Part shown: one piece after another, positions 1-10,217 of the stretch
Numbering within the stretch: position 1 is the stretch's first letter
Layout of the letters: the number at the start of each line of letters is the position of its first letter
DNA from: an uncultured virus (IMG/VR IMGVR_UViG_3300033076_001192)
Taxonomy: Duplodnaviria > Heunggongvirae > Uroviricota > Caudoviricetes
Virus record (IMG/VR): IMGVR_UViG_3300033076_001192
DNA length: 64,000 bases
Reading direction: 5' to 3' (one strand)
Position numbers and translations under genes: made by a program
The notes under the pieces: model-generated
What the model was told of the DNA's origin: nothing
Database searches by the model: none
Seen by the model: only the letters and a program-made list of their open reading frames with translations

Positions 1-228
1 TAAGGCATATACGTGATTTTAGAGTTAAGTCAGGGATTGAGAAAAACAACCTTATTAAGTTAGTGTTAGATTTTTTGGCGGAAAATGAAGAAAAATCAAG
101 AAAACTTGAATATATTTGGTACTATCCTAAAACAGCCTTTGCAACAAAATTTGATTTAGAAGAATCGTGGTTGTATAGTCATTATTTAAAAAACAAAGAA
201 AGATTAGAAAAGACTTTTGAAACTTATT

Positions 229-549
229 AATATGAATAAAATATATTTAGTATCGACACAATCAGGTAGCTGGGATGATTTTAACTATGAGGTAGTATCT
301 GTTTGTTCCACTTTAGAAATTGCGGAAAAAGAAAAACTTAAAATAGAAGAAAAAATACAGAATATTAAAACTTTATATTTGTTAGAGAATGAGTCTGAAT
401 ATGAAAAAGATTTAGAGTTTTTAAATAGCGATATTAATGAGGATTTTGGAAAGTGTGACACTGCAATGCATAATGTTTACAATTTTCAAACTAAGTACCC
501 AGAATTGAAAATACATACTGTCAATATAGAAGAAAGAGAGCTATTATAA
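229..549 (+). CDS. hypothetical phage protein
   Basis: ORF in co-directional gene run; ATG near 232 or TTG 217; stop overlaps the next ATG. Confidence 0.6.
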   Translation, partial: NMNKIYLVSTQSGSWDDFNYEVVSVCSTLEIAEKEKLKIEEKIQNIKTLYLLENESEYEKDLEFLNSDINEDFGKCDTAMHNVYNFQTKYPELKIHTVNIEERELL

Positions 550-1343
550 TGGAATACTTAGGAAAACTGGAAGATAAAATGAAACTAATAGAGGATAATT
601 CAGTTCAAATGATTTTTGCTGATTTTCCTTTTCTTATTACTAATGCTTCTTGGGATACACCTGTGGATTTAGAGAAATTTTGGGAAGAAGCTTGGAGGGT
701 ATTAACTGTTAATGGTGTAATCCTATGTAAGGCACAAGTTCCATTTAATATTAAGTTAGGCATGTCACAACTAAAACATTTAAAATATGAATGGATTTGG
801 GAAAAAACTTCTGCAACAGGTGGATTAAATTGTAAAATTGCACCTATGAAAGCTTCTGAGAATATTATGGTGTTCTATAAAAAATCTCCTAAATATTTTC
901 CGCAAAAAACTGAGGGACATAAACCTGTTAATATGTTCACAAAAAGGAAAAATATAGCAGATAAATGTGAATTATATAACAAAAACACAAAAGATGTAAG
1001 CGGTGGAGGTAATACAGACCGTTATCCAAGAAATGTTATAAAATTTGCAAGTGATAAACAACGGCTAGCTCTACATCCAACACAAACACCTGAAGCTTTA
1101 CTAGAGTATTTTATCAAAACTTATACAGAAGAAGGAGATGTTGTTTTAGACCCTTATAGAGGGGTTAATGGGATAGGTGTTTGTTGCGACAGACTAAATA
1201 GGAAAGCAATTCTCATAGAGAAAAGTGAGAAATTCTATAAAATGGGGTTGTTACGTAGAGAGTTTCCAAATTTACGGACAAAAGAATTAAAACAAAAGTA
1301 TTTTGAAAAATATCAAATAGAATACGATAAGGAGGTAAGTTAA
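549..1343 (+). CDS. N6/N4 DNA methyltransferase (beta-class layout) with atypical motifs
   Basis: IFADFPF at the DPPY/DLPY position, YEWIWEK, HPTQTP, GDVVLDPYRG at the SAM-binding position. Confidence 0.8.
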   Translation: MEYLGKLEDKMKLIEDNSVQMIFADFPFLITNASWDTPVDLEKFWEEAWRVLTVNGVILCKAQVPFNIKLGMSQLKHLKYEWIWEKTSATGGLNCKIAPMKASENIMVFYKKSPKYFPQKTEGHKPVNMFTKRKNIADKCELYNKNTKDVSGGGNTDRYPRNVIKFASDKQRLALHPTQTPEALLEYFIKTYTEEGDVVLDPYRGVNGIGVCCDRLNRKAILIEKSEKFYKMGLLRREFPNLRTKELKQKYFEKYQIEYDKEVS

Positions 1344-2581
1344 TGACAGAAGAACAAATTAAATTTTTATTAAGCGAAGAAAATAATGAACCTTTAGAAG
1401 CACACAAAGAAATAGTCTCTATACAAAAAGATAAAAACTCTTTAATTCTGTTAGACGATGATTGGTTAAATAACAACTTAGTAGGTGGGTTAAATAACAA
1501 AATAATTTTTGGAGGTTCAAGACCAGGTAACGGAAAGACAACCCACTGTTCTAAAACAATCAATGCTCTTTTAAATTCTAAATTAAATCCTGTACCTATA
1601 AACATTATACGTTTTAATTTAGAGATGCCTACTCAAACATTATTATTACAACAATTATCGAGGTCTTTAAGTAAGTCACCAAAAGAAATTCTCGAAAAAC
1701 CTTACTCTGAAGAAGAGAGACCTATCGTAACAGATGTTGTTAATTCTTTCATGGATAAAAGAATTAAAAATATATCAAGAGTGCTTAAAGCACAAGATTT
1801 TAAGAATTTAATGTTAGAGTGGTTAAAGGATATTGATAATAAAGATAGAGAGTATAATAATAGTAAGTTAAATGAGGAAATTGAAAAAAATCCTCAAGAC
1901 AAAGAAGGTGTTATAAAAAATTTTAAACATCAAAAAACTAAGAAAGTTGCACTAATTGACCACTTACATATTTACAGAAGTAAAGAAGAAATAGACTCTT
2001 TATTATTGGTTTGTAATGAGTTAAAAATGTTAGATAAGAATCTTTCGTTTATTATTTACTTTCAGTTGCGGAGAGATGTAGAAGATTTATGGAGGGATAC
2101 TAAAGATAAAAAAGTTAACCCTAAAAACATGTTACCAAACTCAACATTTATTTATATGAGTGATGTACTTCAACAGGTAGCCGACTTAGTTTTTTCTATG
2201 GTGATTCCTCAAATATATGAATTAGATGATTATGTTGCAGTTCATAAAGAAAGAAATATACATTTAAAAGAGCATTTTTCAGATGATTTAGCAGATAATA
2301 GTTTTACAAGATTGAAAGGTAGGAATAGAATTTATTATAACTTACTAAAAATTAGATTGTTGAATTCATTTGACGACCCAAGAATTTTTTGTGATGTGTT
2401 AAATAAAGAGTATGAAGAGAAAGCTAATAAGATGATGGAGGAAAATAAATCACCATTTAAAACAGATATCCCTTTATTTTCAGCACCTATATTTGACGCA
2501 ACACCAATAAAACCCGCATCGTTGAATGAAGCTTTTGGCAGTTCTTTTGAGAATAGTAGTGAAAACGACCCACCATTCTAA
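1343..2581 (+). CDS. DnaB-like replicative helicase
   Basis: Walker A GSRPGNGKT, FNLEM, ALIDHLH (Walker B), QLRR, QVADLV; acidic C-terminus ending DPPF. Confidence 0.8.
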   Translation: MTEEQIKFLLSEENNEPLEAHKEIVSIQKDKNSLILLDDDWLNNNLVGGLNNKIIFGGSRPGNGKTTHCSKTINALLNSKLNPVPINIIRFNLEMPTQTLLLQQLSRSLSKSPKEILEKPYSEEERPIVTDVVNSFMDKRIKNISRVLKAQDFKNLMLEWLKDIDNKDREYNNSKLNEEIEKNPQDKEGVIKNFKHQKTKKVALIDHLHIYRSKEEIDSLLLVCNELKMLDKNLSFIIYFQLRRDVEDLWRDTKDKKVNPKNMLPNSTFIYMSDVLQQVADLVFSMVIPQIYELDDYVAVHKERNIHLKEHFSDDLADNSFTRLKGRNRIYYNLLKIRLLNSFDDPRIFCDVLNKEYEEKANKMMEENKSPFKTDIPLFSAPIFDATPIKPASLNEAFGSSFENSSENDPPF

Positions 2582-2643
2582 ATATAAATTATTTAAAATT
2601 AGTATAAACTTCTGTTTTTATTTGTTTTTATCGTAGAAAATTG

Positions 2644-2651
2644 TATCTTTG
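2644..2651 (+). promoter_or_regulatory. Bacteroidota-type -7 promoter element (TATCTTTG)
   Basis: TAnnTTTG in intergenic gap with upstream TTTG. Confidence 0.65.
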
Positions 2652-2668
2652 TAAATAAATTATAAAAT

Positions 2669-3400
2669 ATGAAAGAATTAATAATAGGCTCAACAGCTAT
2701 AAAACATTATTATCCTGATTTTCCAAGAGAACCGAAGGATATTGACATTGCAGTTTTAGAAAAACAAAAACGAAAAGGAAAAACAGAATACCTCGAAAAT
2801 CCTATAATTTTTAAATATCAGAACAGTGGGGTTTTAAAACCTGATTTAATACTGTCTTTAAAAATCTCTCACTTATTTTGGGATATTAATTGGGATAAGC
2901 ATTTGTATGATGTACAATTTCTTTTAAATAAAGGATGTAAATATGATTTAGATTTAATTTATGAATTACGTTCTTTTTGGGATTCTTTTTTGCCAAAAAT
3001 TAGAAGAAGTGTATTGGAGGTGAATAAAGAGGACTTCTTTACTAATAATGTAAATGAGAGTGTTGAACAGCACGATTACTTACATACACTATTGGAAAAA
3101 GTGCCTGCTTATACAAAATTACTCAAAGATGGGTGTGAAGTAGAATTAGATGAAAATAAGTGGTACAACTTATCTTTTGAAGAAAAAGTCGACGTAGTGT
3201 TTGAAGAGACAGCGGTTATGGCGTTTGAAAGATATAAAACAATAGATTACAGAATAGCATATAAAAGACAATTGAAGGATAACATTATTAAACATTTTCC
3301 TTTTTATATCGCAATTTTCGCTATAGAAAATTATAGAAATTTAGAAAAACCAAAGTATAATTTTAAAATCAAAATAGAAAATGAATTACAAATTAATTAA
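2669..3400 (+). CDS. phage nucleotidyltransferase-like protein
   Basis: N-terminal IIGSTA...DIDI (GS + DxD, Pol-beta superfamily signature). Confidence 0.55.
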   Translation: MKELIIGSTAIKHYYPDFPREPKDIDIAVLEKQKRKGKTEYLENPIIFKYQNSGVLKPDLILSLKISHLFWDINWDKHLYDVQFLLNKGCKYDLDLIYELRSFWDSFLPKIRRSVLEVNKEDFFTNNVNESVEQHDYLHTLLEKVPAYTKLLKDGCEVELDENKWYNLSFEEKVDVVFEETAVMAFERYKTIDYRIAYKRQLKDNIIKHFPFYIAIFAIENYRNLEKPKYNFKIKIENELQIN

Positions 3401-3665
3401 TGAGGCGTTAAGTGACATATCAAGTTTAAGATATAATCACAAAAAATTTAAAAAAGTATCTGATAATAAGATTGATAACCTAAGAGGGAGAGAGAGTCAA
3501 GAAGAGTATGATGAACTAATTGAAATCTATTCTTTAGGTGAAGATGACTTACACTTAAAATTAGTATTAAGAACAGACAGTTACGGTGATAATGAGTTTG
3601 TTTATTCAATCCAAATCGTGAAACCAATTGTAAAACAAGTAACAGATTTTGAACCAATAAAATAA
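3381..3665 (+). CDS. hypothetical protein
   Basis: ORF; C-terminus VKPIVKQVTDFE resembles that of the next gene. Confidence 0.7.
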   Translation: MNYKLINEALSDISSLRYNHKKFKKVSDNKIDNLRGRESQEEYDELIEIYSLGEDDLHLKLVLRTDSYGDNEFVYSIQIVKPIVKQVTDFEPIK

Positions 3666-3670
3666 AGAAA

Positions 3671-3958
3671 ATGGGCATAGAAAAATTATTAGAAAGATTA
3701 AATGAATTGTATCAGCAAGAAGAAGGTTATTTTGCTTATGAAATGGATAGTACAGAAGAATTTGGAGAAGCTCCTATCGTAGATGAAGAAGGAGATTGCC
3801 AAGGTGGGGGAAATTATTCAATGGTTGTAAGACATTTTAAAAACTTAGGTGTTTATGTAAGACAGACAGGTTTTTATTCTTCTTATAAAGGAACAGATTG
3901 GAATAATGACTTTACTATTGTAAAACCTGTTGAAAAAATAATAACTGTATTTGAATAA
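3671..3958 (+). CDS. hypothetical protein
   Basis: ORF; GFYSSYKG, VKPVEKIITVFE. Confidence 0.7.
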   Translation: MGIEKLLERLNELYQQEEGYFAYEMDSTEEFGEAPIVDEEGDCQGGGNYSMVVRHFKNLGVYVRQTGFYSSYKGTDWNNDFTIVKPVEKIITVFE

Positions 3959-3980
3959 CTATTTAGATTGAATATAAATT

Positions 3981-4018
3981 AGAGGTATAGGATTAAATTT
4001 CTATACCTTTTCTTTTTT
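3981..4018 (+). terminator. intrinsic terminator
   Basis: agaggtatag...ctataccttt hairpin followed by T-tract. Confidence 0.6.
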
Positions 4019-4152
4019 CTTATGTTTTTTATTTTTATCTTTGTTGGAGAACTAACTTCTAATTCTACCTCTAAAATAACTAACCTTGTTTTTGAGTGGA
4101 ATTTAGAATGTAAACAAGAATTAATTAAGATGTTTAAAAATTTAAGTGAATT

Positions 4153-4764
4153 ATGCAATTGATAGGTAAAAAAATAGAAGAAGAGATTTTTAGAATCTTC
4201 CGTCCCTGGAGATTGAGTGATAGTAGTAGTTTTTTCAACCATGGACAGCATATTATAATAAAATATCACACTAGGGATAAATCTGTAGCTAGACCTTTAT
4301 ATGCCCAATCAATGTCTTATACACACTCTATGATTTTTAATGAATTAAAGATATATTTTTATTTTGACAAAAAAACTCAAACATTAACTATTAATAAAAA
4401 ACCCGTGACAAACCAAGAGTTTTTACATGAGTTAAATAACACATTGAAAATATTCAATTGGGAAGTATTATGTGATGAAAATTTTAATTTGTCTTTAAAA
4501 GATAATACAGAAGTATATTTACCATATAATATAGAATTTTTAGAAAAGTTAAATATAAAGTTTACAGGAGAAACCTCTTCAGGCTTTAGTGGTAATTGGA
4601 AGGTGTTTCAAAACACCCGAAATAAAAAATTCAAAATTTATTATCATTATAACCACACACATGAAAAAGTAGAAGTAATACTTAATAATAAAGATTCAAA
4701 GTTTATATATACATTTAATGAATTGGTAGAATACCTAATTGAAAATAAATGTATTTATTTATAA
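4153..4764 (+). CDS. hypothetical protein
   Basis: 203 aa ORF downstream of TATCTTTG at 4036-4043. Confidence 0.6.
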   Translation: MQLIGKKIEEEIFRIFRPWRLSDSSSFFNHGQHIIIKYHTRDKSVARPLYAQSMSYTHSMIFNELKIYFYFDKKTQTLTINKKPVTNQEFLHELNNTLKIFNWEVLCDENFNLSLKDNTEVYLPYNIEFLEKLNIKFTGETSSGFSGNWKVFQNTRNKKFKIYYHYNHTHEKVEVILNNKDSKFIYTFNELVEYLIENKCIYL

Positions 4765-4902
4765 ACCAAATAATATTAGACTTATTATGAAATTGACAAA
4801 AGAAGAAACAGAGTATTTTCAAAAACAATCTAGGAAAATAATGAAAGTAATTGTAATTGCTATGTTTACAATAATAGCAAGCGTTTTAATAAAAAGAGGA
4901 TT

Positions 4903-5457
4903 ATGAGTTTAGATAAATTAAGAGAACACATTTACAATAGAGCAGACATATATTGTAATCAAAAATACGCAGGAAATTTACCATACAGTTTTCATTTAGA
5001 TTGTGTAGAAAGGCAAGGTAGAAAATTTATACACTTAATTGATAAAGAAGATGTACTTGTTGTTATTGCAGGATTAATTAGTCACGAAAACATAGAGGAT
5101 TTTAGAATGACCTATAATGATGTTGTGGAAGTAGCTTCAAAATTCTATAACGTACATGGAAGTAGTTACAATTATATTGAAGACTTTGGTAAAAAAGTAG
5201 CAGATATTGTTTATGCAGTTACAGATGAGAAGGGTAAGAGTCGCTCAGAAAGAAAAAATGAAAAGTATTATAAAGAACTGAGAGAAAATAAATTAGCCGT
5301 TTTTGTAAAGCTTGCTGATTTATCAGCTAACACTTTATTCAGTAAATTAACAGGAAGTTCTATGTATGAGAAGTATAAAAAAGAGTTTCCTAAATTTAAA
5401 GAGAAAGTATATATTGAAGAGTATGAAGAATTTTTTAATTATATTGAAAATTTATAA
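4903..5457 (+). CDS. HD-domain protein of the RelA/SpoT hydrolase (small alarmone hydrolase/Mesh1-like) type
   Basis: QKY..LPYSFHL, SHENIED (HDxxED position), VYAVTD, VKLADLSAN. Confidence 0.7.
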   Translation: MSLDKLREHIYNRADIYCNQKYAGNLPYSFHLDCVERQGRKFIHLIDKEDVLVVIAGLISHENIEDFRMTYNDVVEVASKFYNVHGSSYNYIEDFGKKVADIVYAVTDEKGKSRSERKNEKYYKELRENKLAVFVKLADLSANTLFSKLTGSSMYEKYKKEFPKFKEKVYIEEYEEFFNYIENL

Positions 5458-5459
5458 TT

Positions 5460-8400
5460 GTGACACAAGAAGAGATTATTAACGGAAGTAAATTAATTGC
5501 TGAATATTTAGGATGGAAGTACATTCCTTTCAATGATTTACAAGATTTTTCAAAAGCGGGTTGGTATAAAACCATTGATGCTAAACCTAATATGAAGGAA
5601 GTAACACTAACTTCTTATAAACACGGCGAAGAAAGTAAAGCTATTGTAAAAACAATAACAGTAGATATTAACAGATTCAAATATAATCAAAAGAGTGGTT
5701 GGACTTTAATAGGAGATAAGTATTATAAGTATATTTGTAGGAAACATAGTGATTTAAAATTTTGGAATTCAATTGACACTTTAGTTCCTTTAATACAAAA
5801 AATAGAGCAAGAATATAGAGTCAGTTTCTTTTTAAGTGATAGTGGTTGTTCTTGTGGATATGGATTACATCAAAATGATTTATATAACGAAATAAGTAGT
5901 TATGATTTACCAGATTGGAGTAATAATGTTTTTAAAGTAATTGTAGAATATTTAGAAAAAAATAAACATGAAAGGTAAAATTTTAAAAAAGGATAATGTT
6001 TTTTATGTAAGAACAATTTCAGCTGGAAAAGAATTAGATGAAATAGAATTAGAATATTATCCTCTAAGTTTAACAGAATCTAATGTAGAATTAGTAGAGA
6101 ATAAAGAAGTGGAGTTTGAAGTGGAATCTGTTTCTTATATTGATGTTGAGGGCTTGGGTCAAGAAGATATAAATTGGGCAATTGTAAAATAAGTAATTAT
6201 GGAAGCTAAAGAATATAAAGACCTTACAGAAGAAGAGAAACTAATTATAAATATGAGAAGAGTTGATAGTTGGAAATACGCAAACTATAAACTTTGGAAA
6301 ACTATTTTTAAAGATAAATAATTATGGAATATATGGAAAATCAAATGGATAACCTAATTCAACAAGGTATAGAAATGAGAGATGCTTTTGACAAGTGGTT
6401 GTACAAAGTTTGTGAACTAAAAGCAGGAAGACATTTTGACCCTCATGATATTTATCCTACAATTGATTTAACAGATGCTAAACTGTCTTTTATTAGTGGT
6501 ATGTCGGCAGAAGAATATAAAAGCACACTATAATATAAAAAAGTTAAGAACAAATAAAATCTACATTTTAATATGAGAAAACATTTCAACTACTCATTCA
6601 CTTGTCCAGAGATTGACAAGAATATAAAAAATTTTAGAGTAGATTTATCAAATTATTTAAGTACTATAATAGAGGAACTAAACCCTTTATTCAACGCCAC
6701 GAATGAATCTATTAAATTTTTTAATACCTATGAAGAAGCTATATATTCTTCAGCAGAACTTTATTTTGAAAATGTCAGAGATTGTAACTCTATTATGAGA
6801 GATGAAGTTGAAAAAGTTGTTGAAGAGCTTGTAAAAGAGCGTGATGAATACAAGAGACTTTCTGAATTTTGGGAAGATGAGGCAATAGAAAAAAATAAGC
6901 AAATAGAAGATTTGAAAGAAGAAATAGAAAACTTAAAATAAAACAATGAAGATAATAAACAATAGTAATGTAACTCATATAGTAGTTAATATAGAAACAG
7001 AAGGTATTTGGTTAGACTATTATGGGTGGATTAAGATGAAATATTTACCGTATAGAAAACATAAATGGTGGGAAACAGATAAAGAAACTTTAGAGGGTTA
7101 CTATGAAGACGGTTTTAATGGTGGTTTTAATGCTTATAGGTCTATAGAAAAAGTAAATAATAATTTAAAAGAGTGGTTTGTAAAAGATGAAAGTCTATGG
7201 ACATATCCTCATATTGATATCTACGTAGGTAAAGATTTAATTCATACAGAATATTTTAAAACCTATAAAGAACTAGAACAACACGTTAAAGAGAATTATA
7301 ATCATTGTAAAATTAAATATCAGGATTAATTATGAGAACAGAAAAAGAAATTTGGCAAGAAGATTATGTACAACCTATGTTTAAAAAATATGAGTTAGTT
7401 CCTACTAAACTAAAATACATGTTTATTGAAAAAGATTATGTTTCTATGTATGGAAGGCAAATGGCTAACGACCAAATGAGATATATGTATAGCGATTCTG
7501 ATGATTTTATTTTTGGTTTTGAAAACGCTTTATACTCATTTAGTAAAACAGTTAAAAAGAACTTACTGAAGAAATATTTTCAGGAGTTAGCTTTAGATGA
7601 ACATTACAAACTTATAGAATCAGGTATGTTTTGGGAATTTTTTCCAAATTTATCAGGTAAATGGTTGAAAGATAAAGAATTTTTCATTAACTTTGTTGCC
7701 GAAAGAGAGAACAAAAAAGACTATATTGATTTAATTTATAATACAAAACCTGAATAATGAGTAAATATAAAGTAAAACAAAAAGTTTGGAAAATAACCAT
7801 AGCTAAATATAAAAATGAACATTCTATATATAGTTCTTACCAAGATGGTATACAAGTCCAAGAGCTACAAATAATTGGAGTATCACCTTATAAGATAGTT
7901 TTAAATAATGATTTTTTTACTGTTTTAGAGAATGATGATAGAGAAGGCTACAGAAAAGATAGAAAATATTATACATATTTAGATGAAGTCTCTGTTTCAA
8001 TAAGAACATCAGGGTTTTTAGAGCCAGGTGTAGTAACTACTTTATATTCTACAAAATCGCCCGATAAAAAACTATTAAGTAAAATGGTTAGAGAAACAGA
8101 AAAAGAGCTAAATAAAGAGTATGGATTTTTGTTTGGTGGAGTAGTTAAGGAATTTAATAAATTTGTTGAAAATTATGGAAACATGGATGTGGATTAGTTT
8201 GTGGATTGTACAAACACTAACAGGAGCAGTTTTGTGGAGAAGATTTTTTAAAAATAATAAAAATAATGATAGTTTTGATTGTCTTTTAATAAGTGTGCTT
8301 GTATTACCAAATATCTTATTTATACTAGCAAGTATTACTCATTTAACTTGTAAACTAATTGATTATTTAGCAGGCGTAAAAAATAAAACAAAAGATGAGA

Positions 8401-9286
8401 ACAGATAAAGAATACATACTTTGTTCAGCAGTTTGGTTTGATAAAGTTCCTTTAGAATACGAAGAAGTTTTAAGAATAAGAGGTTTTAGTCCTTACAATA
8501 TAGATAGGGGGATTGTTTTTTGTGGTTGGCGACATGCAAATTGTATATACCAACCTGTTTCCATATTTAAAAAAAAGACAAGCGAGCTAGGAGAAGTAGA
8601 GCAAGGATTTTTAACCTCTAAAAATAGATTTGTTGGTAGAGAAGAAGCAGGTAGAATAGCGTATGAAGCACGGCAAACAAACGAGTTAAAAACTTATTTA
8701 TACAGTGAAGATTTATGGTGATTTATAAACATTATAAGAAAAAAGAAGGTAATTATATAGTAGTAGATATGTGTAAATTACAACATACAGATGATAATTG
8801 GTATGATGCAGTTATCTATAAAGAATTGAGTAGTGGTATGAAGTTTTGCCGTTTTGAATCTGAATTTGATAATAAATTTTCGGCGGAAGAAAAATAAAAA
8901 AGCAAAGTAATATGCAATTAATAGATTATATAGATTATTGGGAAATTTTCAAAAAAGTAAAGAAGAATCAGTTAGAACAATTCCCAACAGCAAAAAGTTA
9001 TATTAAAGAATTAAAATACTTTGACGAACCATTTGATTATGTTGAAGAGATGTATGCTTTTTTATTGGCTGACTACACAAACGATTTTGAAATGATAACC
9101 TCAGATAGTCACGATGACTCAATATTATCAAGCGTTTTAGATGAAAATAAACTACTTATTGAACTTTCAGAGGGTGGCAATAACGCAACAGAAAATGGAG
9201 ATGATTATTGGGGGTATGGTCTTCGATTTATAGTTGATATGGAGAATGAACTTTTTGTAGGGTATAGCTACGAAAATTATAGTTAA
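5460..9286 (+). CDS. run of about 11 small hypothetical genes (5460-5978, 5968-6192, 6324-6533, 6573-6941, 6946-7329, 7332-7757, 7757-8197, about 8175-8408 membrane, 8395-8721, 8715-8897, 8912-9286)
   Basis: tightly packed or overlapping co-directional ORFs; 8715-8897 has YKHYK.GNYIV...VIYK...FCR (DUF1653-like). Confidence 0.65.
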
Positions 9287-9320
9287 AATCGCCGTAAAAA
9301 GAAATAAAAAACAGAGAAAT

Positions 9321-10052
9321 ATGAAATACATGGGTTCAAAGGCAAGATTTGCCAAAGAAATAATACCAATATTACTAAAAGATAGAAAAGAAAATCAGTG
9401 GTTTGTTGATTTATTTTGTGGTGGATGTTCAATTGCTCAAGAAGTTAGTGGAAAAGTTATTGCTAATGATAAAAACAAATATTTAATAGCAATGTTTAAA
9501 GGACTTCAAGAAAATAGAAATAGACCTACGGAAATAACTAAAGACCTTTACAATGTAGCAAGAGATGTTTACAATGGTAAAGAAACAGCATTTAATCACA
9601 CAATGGAAATGGATGATTTTATGGTAGGATGGATTGGATGGATGGGAAGTTATAACGGAAGATTTTTTGATGGTGGATATTCAGGACATAATGTGAATGG
9701 TAGGGATTATATTTCGGAGCAAATAAGAAATACTGAAAAACAAATTGATAAAATAAAACATATTCAGTTTTTTAGTAAAGACTATTCAGAATTCAATTTT
9801 AAAGAATCTTGTATAATCTATTGTGATATTCCATATAAAGATACCAAACAATATTCAACATCAAAAGATTTCAATCACGAAAATTTTTGGCAGTGGTGTA
9901 GAGAGACGAGTTTAAATGGACATCAAGTGTTTATAAGTGAATACAATGCACCCTCTGACTTTGAATGTGTTTGGCAAAAAGAAACTACAAATTCAATGAA
10001 TACAACAAAAACGTATAAACCGACAGAGAAATTGTTTAAATTTCGCGGGTAA
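9321..10052 (+). CDS. DNA adenine methyltransferase (Dam/D12 class)
   Basis: MKYMGSK, VDLFCGG, IANDKN, IYCDIPY, VFISEY. Confidence 0.85.
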   Translation: MKYMGSKARFAKEIIPILLKDRKENQWFVDLFCGGCSIAQEVSGKVIANDKNKYLIAMFKGLQENRNRPTEITKDLYNVARDVYNGKETAFNHTMEMDDFMVGWIGWMGSYNGRFFDGGYSGHNVNGRDYISEQIRNTEKQIDKIKHIQFFSKDYSEFNFKESCIIYCDIPYKDTKQYSTSKDFNHENFWQWCRETSLNGHQVFISEYNAPSDFECVWQKETTNSMNTTKTYKPTEKLFKFRG

Positions 10053-10217
10053 AAAGAAATAAAAAAAACAGTTGAAAAATGATAGAAAATAAAGGATTAG
10101 TGAAGGTATGAGTAAAGAAGAAAAAATAAAAGAGTTAGAAAGTCAAATTTCTTGGATGGAAGAAGATTTAGCTAATTTAAAAGAGCAATTAAAGGATTTA
10201 TTAGAAAATAAATAATT

